From NCBI GenBank assembly GCA_913056395.1, contig CAJXMG010000002.1:17353-81352 (forward strand): a stretch of DNA of 64,000 bases, read 5' to 3'. Shown one piece after another: positions 1 through 10,076 of this stretch. Position 1 is the first letter of the stretch, and each line of letters begins with the position of its first letter. A model generated the notes under the pieces. The model searched no databases, had not been told where the DNA came from, and saw only the letters and a program-made list of their open reading frames with translations. The position numbers and the translations under genes were made by a program. The DNA comes from an uncultured bacterium. Lineage in GTDB: Bacteria > Planctomycetota > UBA8108 > UBA1146.

Positions 1-2
1 GT

Positions 3-467
3 GATCAGGGACCCCGTCTCGCAGGATCAGCTCAGGGAACCGATTCCAGATGGCATGAACTTTGTCGATGGGGCGTGAAATCGGAAGACTCACAGACTCA
101 TCCGGCGATGCGCACCGAATACATGGAAACCGATGCCATTGGTGTTCTGCAACATGGTGTCGAATTGGGCCTGAATACCTGGAAGAATTTTCTGGGGACC
201 CTCAATTGGAGTTCTGAGGAGGTCGACCGGACTATTTGCCACCAGGTTGGTTCGGCCCACAGACAGGAGATCCTGCCTTCTCTGGGGATCTCTCCAGAAC
301 AGGACTACATCACCTTCCCGTTTTTGGGCAACATCGGTACCGTATCGATTCCGATGACTGCCGCATTGGCCGCTGAGCGGGGAGTCCTTCTTCCCGGTCA
401 CCGCGTGGCTTTTCTGGGAATCGGAAGTGGTCTCGTTTGCAGAATGCTCGCATGGGAGTGGCGATGA
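3..467 (+). CDS. oleA: OleA (FabH-like thiolase, head-to-head acyl condensation), C-terminal part; the gene begins upstream of the window
   Basis: The frame stays open back to base 3, and the first in-frame start (GTG at 75) is only an artefact of the ORF caller. The C-terminal motifs GNIGTVSIPM and GIGSG are typical of the FabH/OleA thiolase fold. The gene is followed by oleBCD and ends in an ATGA overlap with oleB. Confidence 0.7.
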   Translation, partial: DQGPRLAGSAQGTDSRWHELCRWGVKSEDSQTHPAMRTEYMETDAIGVLQHGVELGLNTWKNFLGTLNWSSEEVDRTICHQVGSAHRQEILPSLGISPEQDYITFPFLGNIGTVSIPMTAALAAERGVLLPGHRVAFLGIGSGLVCRMLAWEWR

Positions 468-1372
468 AACAGTTCAGTTTCAGTGAAGAGTATCCTTTCA
501 CCGGTAAGTCCTGGGATCGGGGCGACGGCATTCGCCTCAACTACGTCGACGAAGGTGAAGGGGAACCGATCATCTGTGTTCACGGCAACCCCACATGGTC
601 CTTCCATTTTCGAAACATGATCCGCGGACTCTCGACCATGAATCGGGTGATCGCCATCGACCACGTGGGCTGCGGGCTATCCGACAAACCCCAACCCGAA
701 GACTACGATTACCGCCTCAACAGCAGGATCGAAGACCTCGAAGGGCTCCTCGATCACCTGGGCATCGATTCTGGTGCCACCCTGATTGCCCATGATTGGG
801 GAGGGGCCATCGGATTTGGGGTTGCGGGTCGCAACCCCGACCGCTTCAGCCATCTGGTTGCGGTCAATACGGCTGCTTTTCCACTACAGCCTGGAATGTC
901 TTTCCCACCGATCCTGGGACCGGCCAGAGGCTTTTTGGGAGAGTGGCTCATCCGCAAAGCGAATGCATTCCTCCTCGGCACTCTCTTCATAGGAGTCAAA
1001 ACACGGAAGTTTTCGCGGGCGGAAAGAGCGGGATACAAGGCTCCGTACCCAACCGCCGCTGACCGACTTGCGATTCACCGATTTGTCGAGGACATCCCTG
1101 TCAGTGCTGCGGACCCATCATGGGAAACACTGCTGCAAGTGGAACGAAACCTGGATCAATTGAAACACCTGCCCCTGTTACTTCTATGGGGAGAAAAAGA
1201 CCCAGTTTTCAACAACGACTTCCGGGATCATTGGCTCAAACTTTGGCCAGAAGCCCAGGTTCACAGCTGGCCAGAGGCCGGCCATCTTCTTCTCGACGAA
1301 TTTCCCGACAGAATCTTGCCGATCGTTCGCAAGTTCCGCACAGAACACCGGGTCCGTGGAGGAGTGGTTTGA
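464..1372 (+). CDS. oleB: OleB alpha/beta-hydrolase (haloalkane-dehalogenase-like)
   Basis: HGNPTWSFHFRNMI is the dehalogenase-like HGNPTSS motif. The ATG at 464 overlaps the oleA stop (ATGA), whereas the track start at 437 would overlap oleA by 31 nt. Confidence 0.8.
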   Translation: MKQFSFSEEYPFTGKSWDRGDGIRLNYVDEGEGEPIICVHGNPTWSFHFRNMIRGLSTMNRVIAIDHVGCGLSDKPQPEDYDYRLNSRIEDLEGLLDHLGIDSGATLIAHDWGGAIGFGVAGRNPDRFSHLVAVNTAAFPLQPGMSFPPILGPARGFLGEWLIRKANAFLLGTLFIGVKTRKFSRAERAGYKAPYPTAADRLAIHRFVEDIPVSAADPSWETLLQVERNLDQLKHLPLLLLWGEKDPVFNNDFRDHWLKLWPEAQVHSWPEAGHLLLDEFPDRILPIVRKFRTEHRVRGGVV

Positions 1373-3024
1373 CCACCGTCAATTTCTCCGTCAATCTCTC
1401 GGGGCAGCCGCAGGCAGGCGTTGATCGACGTTTGCGTGAATTTGCACTTCGATCACCGCAACAGATCGCAGTGAGGGAGTTTCGCAAGGGCCGCTGTGAA
1501 GAACGAACCTATGCAGAACTGGATGCACTGGTAGACAGAACATGCCACGCCCTCTTGCTCCGCGGAATTCGCCGGGGAATGCGCACCGTCTTGATGGTCT
1601 CACCGGGCCGGGAATTCCTCGCATGCACCTTTGCCCTGCTGAGAATTGGAGCTCCTCCCATCCTCGTCGACCCTGGGCTGGGCATCTCCGGCTTGAAATC
1701 CTGTCTGGACAGGGCTCGTCCCGAAGCTTTCGTGGGGATCGCCAAAGCCCATTGGGCAAGATTGATATTGGGTTGGGGAAGAAACACTCTTCGCCACCGC
1801 TTTGGTGTCGGCTCAGGACCTTTCCCACCGGATACGTGGAACCTCGATCAACTGAGAAAAAAAATCCCCGCCCAGGTCCCCTATGAGGGTCCCGTTCTCG
1901 GAAAAGACGAGATCGCTGCGGTTCTCTACACTTCCGGGAGCACAGGACCGGCAAAAGGGGCCATCGCCCACCATGGTCAATTGGAAGCACAGGTCGATGC
2001 CCTCGCAAAGTGCCATCGTTTGCATCCCGGTGAAGTAGATCTGCCCACCTTTCCCCTCTTTGGACTCTTCGGAGTGGCCATGGGAATGACCTCCACCGTT
2101 CCAGTGATGGACTTTACCCGGCCAGCTCATGCGGACCCGCAGCACCTCCTCGATCTGATAGAGCGCTACAATGTGACCAACCTTTTTGCTTCTCCGGCAC
2201 TTCTCGGTGCACTTTCCAGACATCTTCAAAAAACCGGGACGATTCTCCGTGGATTGAAGAGAGTGATCAGTGCAGGTGCTCCTGCACGACATGGGGCGAT
2301 CGAAACACTGAGTCAGCATCTTTCATCAGAGACATCCATCGAAACACCTTATGGAGCCACTGAAGGATTGCCTCTCTGTCATGTTCACCATGACCAGATC
2401 CTTGCAACACATGAGGCCACTTCAGCAGGAAATGGTGTCTGCATCGGTTCTGCCGTTGACGGTATCCATCTCCAGATCGTTGAACCGGGTGGAAAGCCTG
2501 ACGAGGACACCCTTCCAGAAGGTCACATCGGTGAAATCTGGGTTTCCGGTCCTACCGTCAGCAGAGGCTACCTTTTCGATGAGAAAGCGGATGCAGTCCA
2601 TAAATTTACGGATCAGAAGAACCGGATCTGGCACCGCACCGGTGATATCGGCATGAAAGATACTGACCATCAGATCTGGTTCAGGGGCCGCACCAGTCAG
2701 AGAGTGATGACCTCTCAGGGCCCCCTCGATACCGTGGCCACGGAGCGGATTTTTGAAACTCATCCCGGCGTTTTCAGAACCGCTCTCGTCGGAGTGGGAC
2801 CCTCTGGGAATCAATCTCCGATTCTCTGTGTCGAGCCAGCCCCCAATTCGAAGATCAGTCACGCCCAAATCCAACAGGATCTGTTGAAGCAAGCTGCAGA
2901 AAACCCTCTGACCCAATCTATTGAACGTATTGTCATTACAGGACCATTTCCTGTCGACATCCGACACAATGCCAAAATCCAGCGAGAGGACCTCGCACTG
3001 ATGGCAGGCAGGAAGATCTCATGA
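1369..3024 (+). CDS. oleC: OleC AMP-dependent synthetase/ligase (beta-lactone synthetase)
   Basis: AMP-binding motif LYTSGSTGPAKGA. The track ORF (from 1120) overlaps oleB by about 250 nt, and the only start after the oleB stop is a TTG at 1369 overlapping that stop, so the start is uncertain. Confidence 0.75.
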   Translation: MTTVNFSVNLSGQPQAGVDRRLREFALRSPQQIAVREFRKGRCEERTYAELDALVDRTCHALLLRGIRRGMRTVLMVSPGREFLACTFALLRIGAPPILVDPGLGISGLKSCLDRARPEAFVGIAKAHWARLILGWGRNTLRHRFGVGSGPFPPDTWNLDQLRKKIPAQVPYEGPVLGKDEIAAVLYTSGSTGPAKGAIAHHGQLEAQVDALAKCHRLHPGEVDLPTFPLFGLFGVAMGMTSTVPVMDFTRPAHADPQHLLDLIERYNVTNLFASPALLGALSRHLQKTGTILRGLKRVISAGAPARHGAIETLSQHLSSETSIETPYGATEGLPLCHVHHDQILATHEATSAGNGVCIGSAVDGIHLQIVEPGGKPDEDTLPEGHIGEIWVSGPTVSRGYLFDEKADAVHKFTDQKNRIWHRTGDIGMKDTDHQIWFRGRTSQRVMTSQGPLDTVATERIFETHPGVFRTALVGVGPSGNQSPILCVEPAPNSKISHAQIQQDLLKQAAENPLTQSIERIVITGPFPVDIRHNAKIQREDLALMAGRKIS

Positions 3025-4025
3025 AATGCTTCGTGACAGGTGCCGGTGGCTTTATCGGTGGAAACATCACCCGCCGACTCTTGAAGTTGGGGCATGAGGT
3101 CGTCACTTTTCAGCGGGGAAACTATCCCGAACTGAATAAAATGGGTGGCACTCACATTCAGGGAAGTATCACGCAAAAAGAACTGCTCATGGACGCCATG
3201 ACAGATGTCGACGCGGTTTTCCATGTTGCGGCATTGGCCGCCATCTCCGGTCCCCGCGTAGATTTCGAGCAAGCCAACGTTTTGGGTACCAGGAACATTA
3301 TCGAAGCTTGCAGGGCTAACGGCGTCCAACGCCTGATTTTTACCTCTTCCCCCAGCGTAGTCTTCGATGGCAAGGATCAGATCGGGATCGATGAATCCGA
3401 GCCTTATCCAACCAATTTCCTGGCGGATTATCCGAGAACCAAGGCCATTGCAGAGGCCGAGGTCATCGGGGCCAACAGCGATCAGCTTTGGACTGTTTCA
3501 CTCCGTCCCCATTTGGTTTGGGGGCCAGGGGATAGACACCTTTACCCACGAATCGTCGAACGTGCTCGTCAGGGAAAATTGAAACTGGTACGCCGTCAGG
3601 GAATGAAGATCGATGCGTGCTACATCGACAATGCAGTGGATGCCCATATCTGTGCTTTGGATCGAATCGCCAGCAATCCCGACTGCAGGGGAAAAGCGTT
3701 TTTTGTCTCCAACGGAGAACCCACTTCTCCAGAAGACCTGATCAACAGTTTCCTCGAATGTGCAGGGTTAAATCCGATTCGCCCAACGGTCTCTCCATTA
3801 CTGGCAAAGGTTGCCGGGTGGCTGATCGAAAATGCCTATAAATCACCATTCTTCAACGGCGAACCCCCTCTCACCCGATTCGTGGCTCATCAGCAATCCA
3901 CCAGTCACTGGTTTGACCTGTCCGCAGCCAAGCGGGATCTCGATTGGCAACCGGCGGTTTCTACCTCAGAGGGGATTGAACGACTGCGACAACACCATTC
4001 TGAAGAAGAGCCCGTCTCAACATGA
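3021..4025 (+). CDS. oleD: OleD NAD(P)-dependent epimerase/dehydratase-family reductase
   Basis: N-terminal Rossmann motif MKCFVTGAGGFIGGNI, and an ATGA overlap with the oleC stop. Confidence 0.8.
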   Translation: MKCFVTGAGGFIGGNITRRLLKLGHEVVTFQRGNYPELNKMGGTHIQGSITQKELLMDAMTDVDAVFHVAALAAISGPRVDFEQANVLGTRNIIEACRANGVQRLIFTSSPSVVFDGKDQIGIDESEPYPTNFLADYPRTKAIAEAEVIGANSDQLWTVSLRPHLVWGPGDRHLYPRIVERARQGKLKLVRRQGMKIDACYIDNAVDAHICALDRIASNPDCRGKAFFVSNGEPTSPEDLINSFLECAGLNPIRPTVSPLLAKVAGWLIENAYKSPFFNGEPPLTRFVAHQQSTSHWFDLSAAKRDLDWQPAVSTSEGIERLRQHHSEEEPVST

Positions 4026-4780
4026 ATTCATCCACTGAAGGTTTTCAAAACGAAGAACACTCGATCGTTGAGATCGATACCTGGAAATTCAACCTCAGTG
4101 GAAAACCGCACTCGCTTCAAAACCATTTGGAAAACCTCGTCGGAGAAGAAAAACAGAGGATCGAACAAGGAATATTCCCGGAATTGGGAGAACGGGCGAC
4201 CCGGTCACGTCTCGGATTGCGCTGGATCCTTGCTGACTATCTGCAGTGCAAACCTCATGAGGTGCCCTTGATCATCGGCGAACACGGAAAGCCGGAACTC
4301 GATTCAGCATCTCCTCATTTTCAAAAGCTTCACTTCAATCTGAGTCATTGTGGAGACCGGGCATTGATGGCGGTCAGTCGGGATTCAATTTTGGGAGTCG
4401 ACCTGGAACGAATTCGCCAGGAATCCCCGATCGAGGACCTCGCCCAACGTTGTTTCTCAGAAAAAGAGCAGAAAGCATGGCTGGAGTCACCGGAGGATCG
4501 GCGACGAGTGTGGTTTTTCCATCTCTGGGTTCAAAAGGAGGCGATGGTCAAGGCCCATGGAGATGGCATGACCCTTCCATTACGGCTCTTTTCAGGAAAC
4601 CCTGACGCGCAGGCTCTTGAAGGTTCGATTTCCTCTGACTTGCCAGAAATTGGCAACAATCTTTGGCGATATCATGCCGAGGACTGCTCTGGTGACCTTC
4701 GGTCAGCCATCGTTTTCCGCGGAATATCAGCCAAGATCTCGGATTGTGACCCCGAAAGTGTGGGCCTCAGTCAATGGTGA
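4022..4780 (+). CDS. Sfp-type 4'-phosphopantetheinyl transferase
   Basis: Motifs FNLSHCGD, GVDLERI (the PPTase GxD(I/L)E motif) and WVQKEAMVKAHG (W..KEA..KA). ATGA overlap with the oleD stop. Confidence 0.75.
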   Translation: MNSSTEGFQNEEHSIVEIDTWKFNLSGKPHSLQNHLENLVGEEKQRIEQGIFPELGERATRSRLGLRWILADYLQCKPHEVPLIIGEHGKPELDSASPHFQKLHFNLSHCGDRALMAVSRDSILGVDLERIRQESPIEDLAQRCFSEKEQKAWLESPEDRRRVWFFHLWVQKEAMVKAHGDGMTLPLRLFSGNPDAQALEGSISSDLPEIGNNLWRYHAEDCSGDLRSAIVFRGISAKISDCDPESVGLSQW

Positions 4781-6590
4781 TGGTCAGGACTCCCGGTCCC
4801 AATTCCGATTGCGTGAGCGAATCGAATCCCCCCACCCGAATGAAGAAGTGATCCCCCTCTGAAACAGGAATATCACTGATTCTGGAGGTCAAAAGCGGGC
4901 ATGGGTTGCCCTGCGCATCAACGCCATCTCCATTGCAGGCCTGCTGAAGCAACTGCCCGCAAGATCCGCTGTAGATCACCATATCTGAGTCAAACACCAC
5001 TTCATCAGAGCACAGTGAGAAAGTCGCATTGCCACTTGTCGGAGCAGTGAAGTCGAACCAGATGTCTGCATACATTTGCCCCAGGGATGTGGATTCACAA
5101 CCGGAATCATCAAAGGGATCGGTCGAATCTGTCATCAAAGTGGTGTCAAAATTGTTGTCTCCAAGTGTCACCGTAACAGCACTGGTACATTCATCTCCCA
5201 GGAATCCAGCCCCACAAGTGGCATCAGAACACCCCGTATCACAACCCAATGAGTCGGGAGTGGGATCAAGTCCCGCCAACGGGAAGGGTGCAGCAGGCTC
5301 TGATCCCCCCGTAAACAGGAATGCCAAGAGGTTAACGGCGTCTGAAAGATCCAGAGAAGCGTCGTCGTTAAAGTCTGCGGCAGAAGCACAGGGCATATCA
5401 CCAAATACAAACAGGTATTGCAGTAAAGTGACCGGATCAACGAGGTTGAGTTCTCCGTCACTGTCGACGTCTCCGCGTATAAAGAGCACATCAGGAATGG
5501 GCAAGAAGATCTCGCATGATTCAGAATCAGCGGTGGTTCCCGCCAACGAAGAGCGAAGGACATAATCCAGGGTGATTCCTGGAATCGGTGCTGAATCGAC
5601 AAAGCTGGTCTCGAGCGAATTCAGACTCCCGATCAAGTTGCCCTGCCTCAGAACATCCACCTGCTCGTAGGGTAATGGGTTTTCCCAAGTCAACAGAACC
5701 GTATTGGCGTTCTGGGTACAACTCAAACCTGTCGGTGTTTCAAGTTCCCCGTCAATGGAAACAACGCAAGAAACCGCCGGGGAGGTAACTCCTGAAACAA
5801 TCCCCCTCAATGAGTAGGATCTCTCGGTTCCAATCAATGCGCCTGCATCTTCGAAGTACCCCAGACCTCCGGCAATTTCTGCAATCAGGAGCCCGTCCCT
5901 GCGTATCTGAATCTGCGAATAATCCACCGGTTCCTGCCAGGTCAAGAACACAGTCTCTGAAACTTCCCCACAAGCCAAATCCGTGGGCCGCAAAACATCA
6001 CTGATTTCCAAATCCAGAGTTCCGGAAAGAGTGGGTAGTATGACCCCATTCTGATCAGTGACGATGGAACCGATCCAGCCACACGTCAGATCAGGATCTG
6101 GCGTCGAAAGTTGAACGACACCATTGGGCGCATTTCCGACGACACGAAACTCCAACTGAGCGAGAGGTGTCGTTGTCGCTGACAAATTTTCACTGAGGAT
6201 CAAACCCAGGCTGAATGCTTCCTGTGCAGTACCATCCCACCAACTTGCACAACCCTGATCACCACCGACTCCGGCAGGCTCAGGTGCATTCCAGACAAGA
6301 ATTTCGGGGTCTGGAGATCCACTCAGGGATCCGGGCAAATCAACGGACAACAATTGGAGGGAGCCGGAATCCCAGGCTATCGCATGCTGTAATCCACGAA
6401 TCGTCTCGCCAGCAGGGTTCTCCAGCGAAAGCTCCATGACAAATGACTCACCCGGTGCATAGACACTCGATGGGCTACTCAGATTCAATTCGATTTGCTG
6501 GCCCGTTGCAGCGGAAGAACATAGACAAAGGCAGAGCAAAACGAAAACAGAGCTTTGGCTAAACCCCGCAACACTTTTCTGAAATGGCAT
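4767..6590 (-). CDS. Secreted surface protein: signal peptide, cohesin-like domain, two FN3-like modules, dockerin repeats, C-terminal PPC-like domain
   Basis: N-terminal hydrophobic signal. Dockerin EF-hand-like pair FIRGDVDSDGELNLVDP / DFNDDASLDLSDAVNLL. TWQEP / TWENP FN3-like repeats. Confidence 0.65.
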   Translation of the reverse strand: MPFQKSVAGFSQSSVFVLLCLCLCSSAATGQQIELNLSSPSSVYAPGESFVMELSLENPAGETIRGLQHAIAWDSGSLQLLSVDLPGSLSGSPDPEILVWNAPEPAGVGGDQGCASWWDGTAQEAFSLGLILSENLSATTTPLAQLEFRVVGNAPNGVVQLSTPDPDLTCGWIGSIVTDQNGVILPTLSGTLDLEISDVLRPTDLACGEVSETVFLTWQEPVDYSQIQIRRDGLLIAEIAGGLGYFEDAGALIGTERSYSLRGIVSGVTSPAVSCVVSIDGELETPTGLSCTQNANTVLLTWENPLPYEQVDVLRQGNLIGSLNSLETSFVDSAPIPGITLDYVLRSSLAGTTADSESCEIFLPIPDVLFIRGDVDSDGELNLVDPVTLLQYLFVFGDMPCASAADFNDDASLDLSDAVNLLAFLFTGGSEPAAPFPLAGLDPTPDSLGCDTGCSDATCGAGFLGDECTSAVTVTLGDNNFDTTLMTDSTDPFDDSGCESTSLGQMYADIWFDFTAPTSGNATFSLCSDEVVFDSDMVIYSGSCGQLLQQACNGDGVDAQGNPCPLLTSRISDIPVSEGDHFFIRVGGFDSLTQSELGPGVLTITID

Positions 6591-6681
6591 GTTGAACCCC
6601 TCCGAGATCCCAAATAACCGTATGGTTCAAGGATATCACCGGGGCTAAATTTTCCTCTTCAGGAAATCGTGAATCCCGAAA

Positions 6682-8937
6682 TCAGGTCAAAGTATTGAGT
6701 GCGGCACCCGCCCAAAACCACTTCACCTGACTTTCGCTACAGGTGTGACTGCAAACAGCACGATCTTCTGAACCATCCTGATGACGGAAAACAGCCGTTA
6801 AAGTGCTGCCGGGAGCCAAATTTTCCAATCCCTCAATGGAGACCACATCGCCCTGGAGAACCTTGTCATAATCGGCAGGATCCTGGAATCGAAGCGGCAA
6901 AATTCCCTGCTTTTTCAGATTTGTTTCATGAATCCGGGCGAAGGATCGAACGATGACCGCGCCACAACCCATGAATCGGGGACACATGGCTGCATGCTCA
7001 CGACTCGACCCCTCACCATAGTTCTCATCGCCAACCACAGCCCAGAAGTGACCGGAATCCCTGAGGGAAGCTGCAATTTCGTGCAACGGTTTGCTGCTCC
7101 CTGTTTCAGGATCTTTTCCAAGTCCAGGACTCTCATGAAATGCATTGACCGCACCCAGGAACATGTTTCGAGAGATATTTTCCAAGTGGCCACGGAACTT
7201 CAGCCATGGGCCTGCGGGTGAGATATGGTCAGTGGTGCACTTGCCATTTGCCTTGAACAAAAGAGGCATATCCACCAGTTGTTCAGCCTCACGCGGTTTG
7301 AAAGGCTTCAACAATTGAAGCCGCTCACTGTTTTCTGCGACATCCACCACCACTGAGTTTCCGGACTCTGGTGGAGCAACATATCCCTCCGAATCGGTCA
7401 CGAAACCCTGATCAGGAAGGCTGTCCCCTTCCGGAATCGGAAGTTTGATTTCCTCACCGCTCTCGGTCGTGACCGTATCGGTAATCGGATTGAAATCGAG
7501 GGTTCCTGCGATCGCAAATGCCGTCACCAGATCTGGGCTGGCAATAAAGGAAAGGGTTTGTGCATTTCCGTCATTACGCCCCGGAAAATTCCGATTGAAC
7601 GAGCTGACGATACTGTTGGATGTCCCCTTTTCCATGTCATCCCTTTGCCACTGACCAATGCACGGGCCGCAAGCGTTGGCGAGTACTGTCCCCCCCAGAT
7701 TCTCAAAGATACCTGCCTGACCATCACGCTCGACTGTCTTGAAGACCTGCGTCGAACCGGGAGAAACCAGAAACTGGCTTTTTGCCTTGAGACCGGCCTT
7801 GACCGCTTCGTCAGCGATGGAAGAGGCCCTGTCCATGTCTTCATAGGATGAGTTCGTGCAGGATCCGATGAGAGCGGCGCTGATTTCCAACGGCCAGCCA
7901 TTCTCTTTTGCCTCAGCGCCCAATGCGGACACGGGTCTTGCCCGGTCTGGTGAATGTGGGCCGACAACATGGGGCTCGAGTGAATCGAGGTCGATCTCAA
8001 GAATCTGGTCGTAAAACTGCGCAGGGTTTTCTTCAACCTCTGCGTCGGGAGCAAGTAGATCCGCGTGGTCCCGGGCCAGAGACGCGAGGTCTGCCCTGCC
8101 TGTCGACTCGAGGTAAAGTGCCATCGCATCGTCAAATGGGAACACTGAGCATGTCGCTCCGATTTCGGCGCCCATGTTGGTAATCGTGGCCTTGCCTGTA
8201 CAGGAAATGGAGCGAGCACCATCTCCGATGTACTCAACGATGGCACCTGTACCACCCTTGACTGTCAGCTCTCCCGCAACTTTGAGGATGACGTCTTTGG
8301 CTGAAGTCCAGCCACCCAGTTTTCCCTTGAGGTGCACCGCGATGGCTCCTGGCCATTTGACGTTCCAGGGCAATCCTGCCATCACGTCAACGGCGTCAGC
8401 TCCACCCACTCCGACAGCCAGCATTCCCAGTCCGCCCGCGTTAGGAGTGTGACTGTCGGTACCAATCATCAATCCGCCAGGGAAAGCATAATTCTCGAGA
8501 ACGACCTGATGGATAATCCCGGAACCCGGTTTCCAAAAACCGATACCGTACTTTTCTGAGGACGAACGAAGGAATCGGTAAACTTCTGCGTTGACCTCTT
8601 CCGCAGCAGCAAGATCAGTTTGAGCCTCATGTCTTGCCTGGATCAGGTGATCACAGTGCACCGTGGAAGGGACCTGAACCTGGTCCAGTCCAGCCTGCAT
8701 GAACTGAAGAATCGCCATCTGGGCTGTCGCATCTTGCATCGCCACCCTGTCCGGGCGCAAATCACAGTAATCCTGACGACGCTCAGGTACGGAAGTCAGA
8801 GTCTCCTCATTCACCTCGAGGTGCGAAAACAGGATTTTTTCAGCAAGGGTCAAACCCCTTCCCAAAACCTGTCGAGCCTGGTCGTGGCGTTGACGTGCAT
8901 TTTCGTAAAGCCCACGAATCGCATGAATATCCGTCAT
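6682..8937 (-). CDS. acn: Aconitate hydratase (mitochondrial-type aconitase family, ~750 aa)
   Basis: GTDSHTPNAGGLG and SCTNSSYEDM are aconitase signatures. The start was moved to the second Met (MTDIHAIRG). Confidence 0.85.
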   Translation of the reverse strand: MTDIHAIRGLYENARQRHDQARQVLGRGLTLAEKILFSHLEVNEETLTSVPERRQDYCDLRPDRVAMQDATAQMAILQFMQAGLDQVQVPSTVHCDHLIQARHEAQTDLAAAEEVNAEVYRFLRSSSEKYGIGFWKPGSGIIHQVVLENYAFPGGLMIGTDSHTPNAGGLGMLAVGVGGADAVDVMAGLPWNVKWPGAIAVHLKGKLGGWTSAKDVILKVAGELTVKGGTGAIVEYIGDGARSISCTGKATITNMGAEIGATCSVFPFDDAMALYLESTGRADLASLARDHADLLAPDAEVEENPAQFYDQILEIDLDSLEPHVVGPHSPDRARPVSALGAEAKENGWPLEISAALIGSCTNSSYEDMDRASSIADEAVKAGLKAKSQFLVSPGSTQVFKTVERDGQAGIFENLGGTVLANACGPCIGQWQRDDMEKGTSNSIVSSFNRNFPGRNDGNAQTLSFIASPDLVTAFAIAGTLDFNPITDTVTTESGEEIKLPIPEGDSLPDQGFVTDSEGYVAPPESGNSVVVDVAENSERLQLLKPFKPREAEQLVDMPLLFKANGKCTTDHISPAGPWLKFRGHLENISRNMFLGAVNAFHESPGLGKDPETGSSKPLHEIAASLRDSGHFWAVVGDENYGEGSSREHAAMCPRFMGCGAVIVRSFARIHETNLKKQGILPLRFQDPADYDKVLQGDVVSIEGLENLAPGSTLTAVFRHQDGSEDRAVCSHTCSESQVKWFWAGAALNTLT

Positions 8938-9150
8938 TTCAGCACTCCTGCATCCCACTTGAGACGTTTCCCTGAGGGGGTATCATCTACTCTGGTCAAT
9001 GTTTATTGATCTATTCAAACATTGTGATCGTATCCCATGATGTGTTTTCAAGGGAGTGATTCCAAACGTCGATTTGTTGACAAAGTGCCCGCCTCAACGC
9101 ACCGAAGTCGCCCAGCGACGAGGTTTGTCAGGGAAAGAGGACTCTTGAGA

Positions 9151-9999
9151 GTGACGAGTCAAATCGAAGCGGGTAACGTCCGAAAAATTGCCCAAATCGT
9201 ATACCTTCTAACAGTGCTCCTTTTGATCAGCCCTACACTGACCGGCCAAACAACGACTCTCGGAATCGGCGATGTCACCGCACAGCCAGGTGACCCGGTT
9301 TCGATCCCGGTGTTGGCTGACTGGAATGGTCAGATCGCAGGATTCAGTTTCTCCCTCGAATTTTCGGGGCCCTCTCCCTTTCCAATATCTGCCATGACGA
9401 TTGATGTGGAAGGCACTCTTGCGGGAGCCATCGAGGCGGAATACGTTCAGGCCCAGATCGATTTTTCTACGAGCACCATCATTTGTGGTGTCCTCTTTGA
9501 TGCTCTTCCGCCATTCAACGGCCAGACTCTGCCTTCTTTGGGGTACGCTCAGGAAGTTGCATTTATTCATGGCTCGATCCTGTCAACGGCTGTGGAGTCA
9601 ACGATTCAATTCAATCCACAGGACGGATTTGGATCTCCACCCATTAACAACATGCTGGTTTTTGGAACAACTTCAGTACCTGTAGAATCCTTGTATCCGG
9701 GGATTCTCGAGATTGAACTGCCCCCGGTTCCTCAACTGTTCATCCGTGGAGACGTCAACATGGATTCCGTTGTCGATCTTGCCGACGTGATTTTTCATCT
9801 CGATTACACTTTCCTCTCAGGACCACTCCCCAGTTGCATGGATGCAGGGGATGCCAATGACGACGGTGTTTCCGACGTCTCTGATGCCATTTTCTTACTC
9901 TATTGGTTCTTTTTGGACGGGCCCGGCCCCTGGATTCCGTTCCCGAATCCAGGAGAGGATTTCACCAATGACAATCTGGATTGCGCACAAGGGCTTTAG
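9151..9999 (+). CDS. Secreted cohesin-like plus dockerin protein
   Basis: Cohesin-like VSIPVLADWNGQIAGFSFSLEF. Dockerin FIRGDVNMDSVVDLADV...DANDDGVSDVSDAIFLLY. GTG start at 9151 preceded by AAGAGGA, and the track ATG at 9037 is the alternative. Confidence 0.6.
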   Translation: MTSQIEAGNVRKIAQIVYLLTVLLLISPTLTGQTTTLGIGDVTAQPGDPVSIPVLADWNGQIAGFSFSLEFSGPSPFPISAMTIDVEGTLAGAIEAEYVQAQIDFSTSTIICGVLFDALPPFNGQTLPSLGYAQEVAFIHGSILSTAVESTIQFNPQDGFGSPPINNMLVFGTTSVPVESLYPGILEIELPPVPQLFIRGDVNMDSVVDLADVIFHLDYTFLSGPLPSCMDAGDANDDGVSDVSDAIFLLYWFFLDGPGPWIPFPNPGEDFTNDNLDCAQGL

Positions 10000-10024
10000 T
10001 TAGATTTTCAATTACAATTAAAAA

Positions 10025-10058
10025 GCCCCGGCATGGGTTCCATGCCGAGGCTTTTTTT
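10025..10058. terminator. Bidirectional rho-independent terminator between convergent genes
   Basis: Stem gccccggcatgg / ccatgccgaggc (12 bp, one mismatch), loop gtt, flanked by TTTTTTT on the plus strand and AAAA on the other. Confidence 0.7.
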
Positions 10059-10076
10059 CAGTACTTATTCGGAGTA

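Noticed and set aside
1120-1368. Track start of oleC at 1120 (and of oleB at 437)
   Set aside because: These starts would create 250-nt and 31-nt same-strand overlaps. ATGA- or TTGA-type coupled starts at 464 and 1369 fit the operon pattern.
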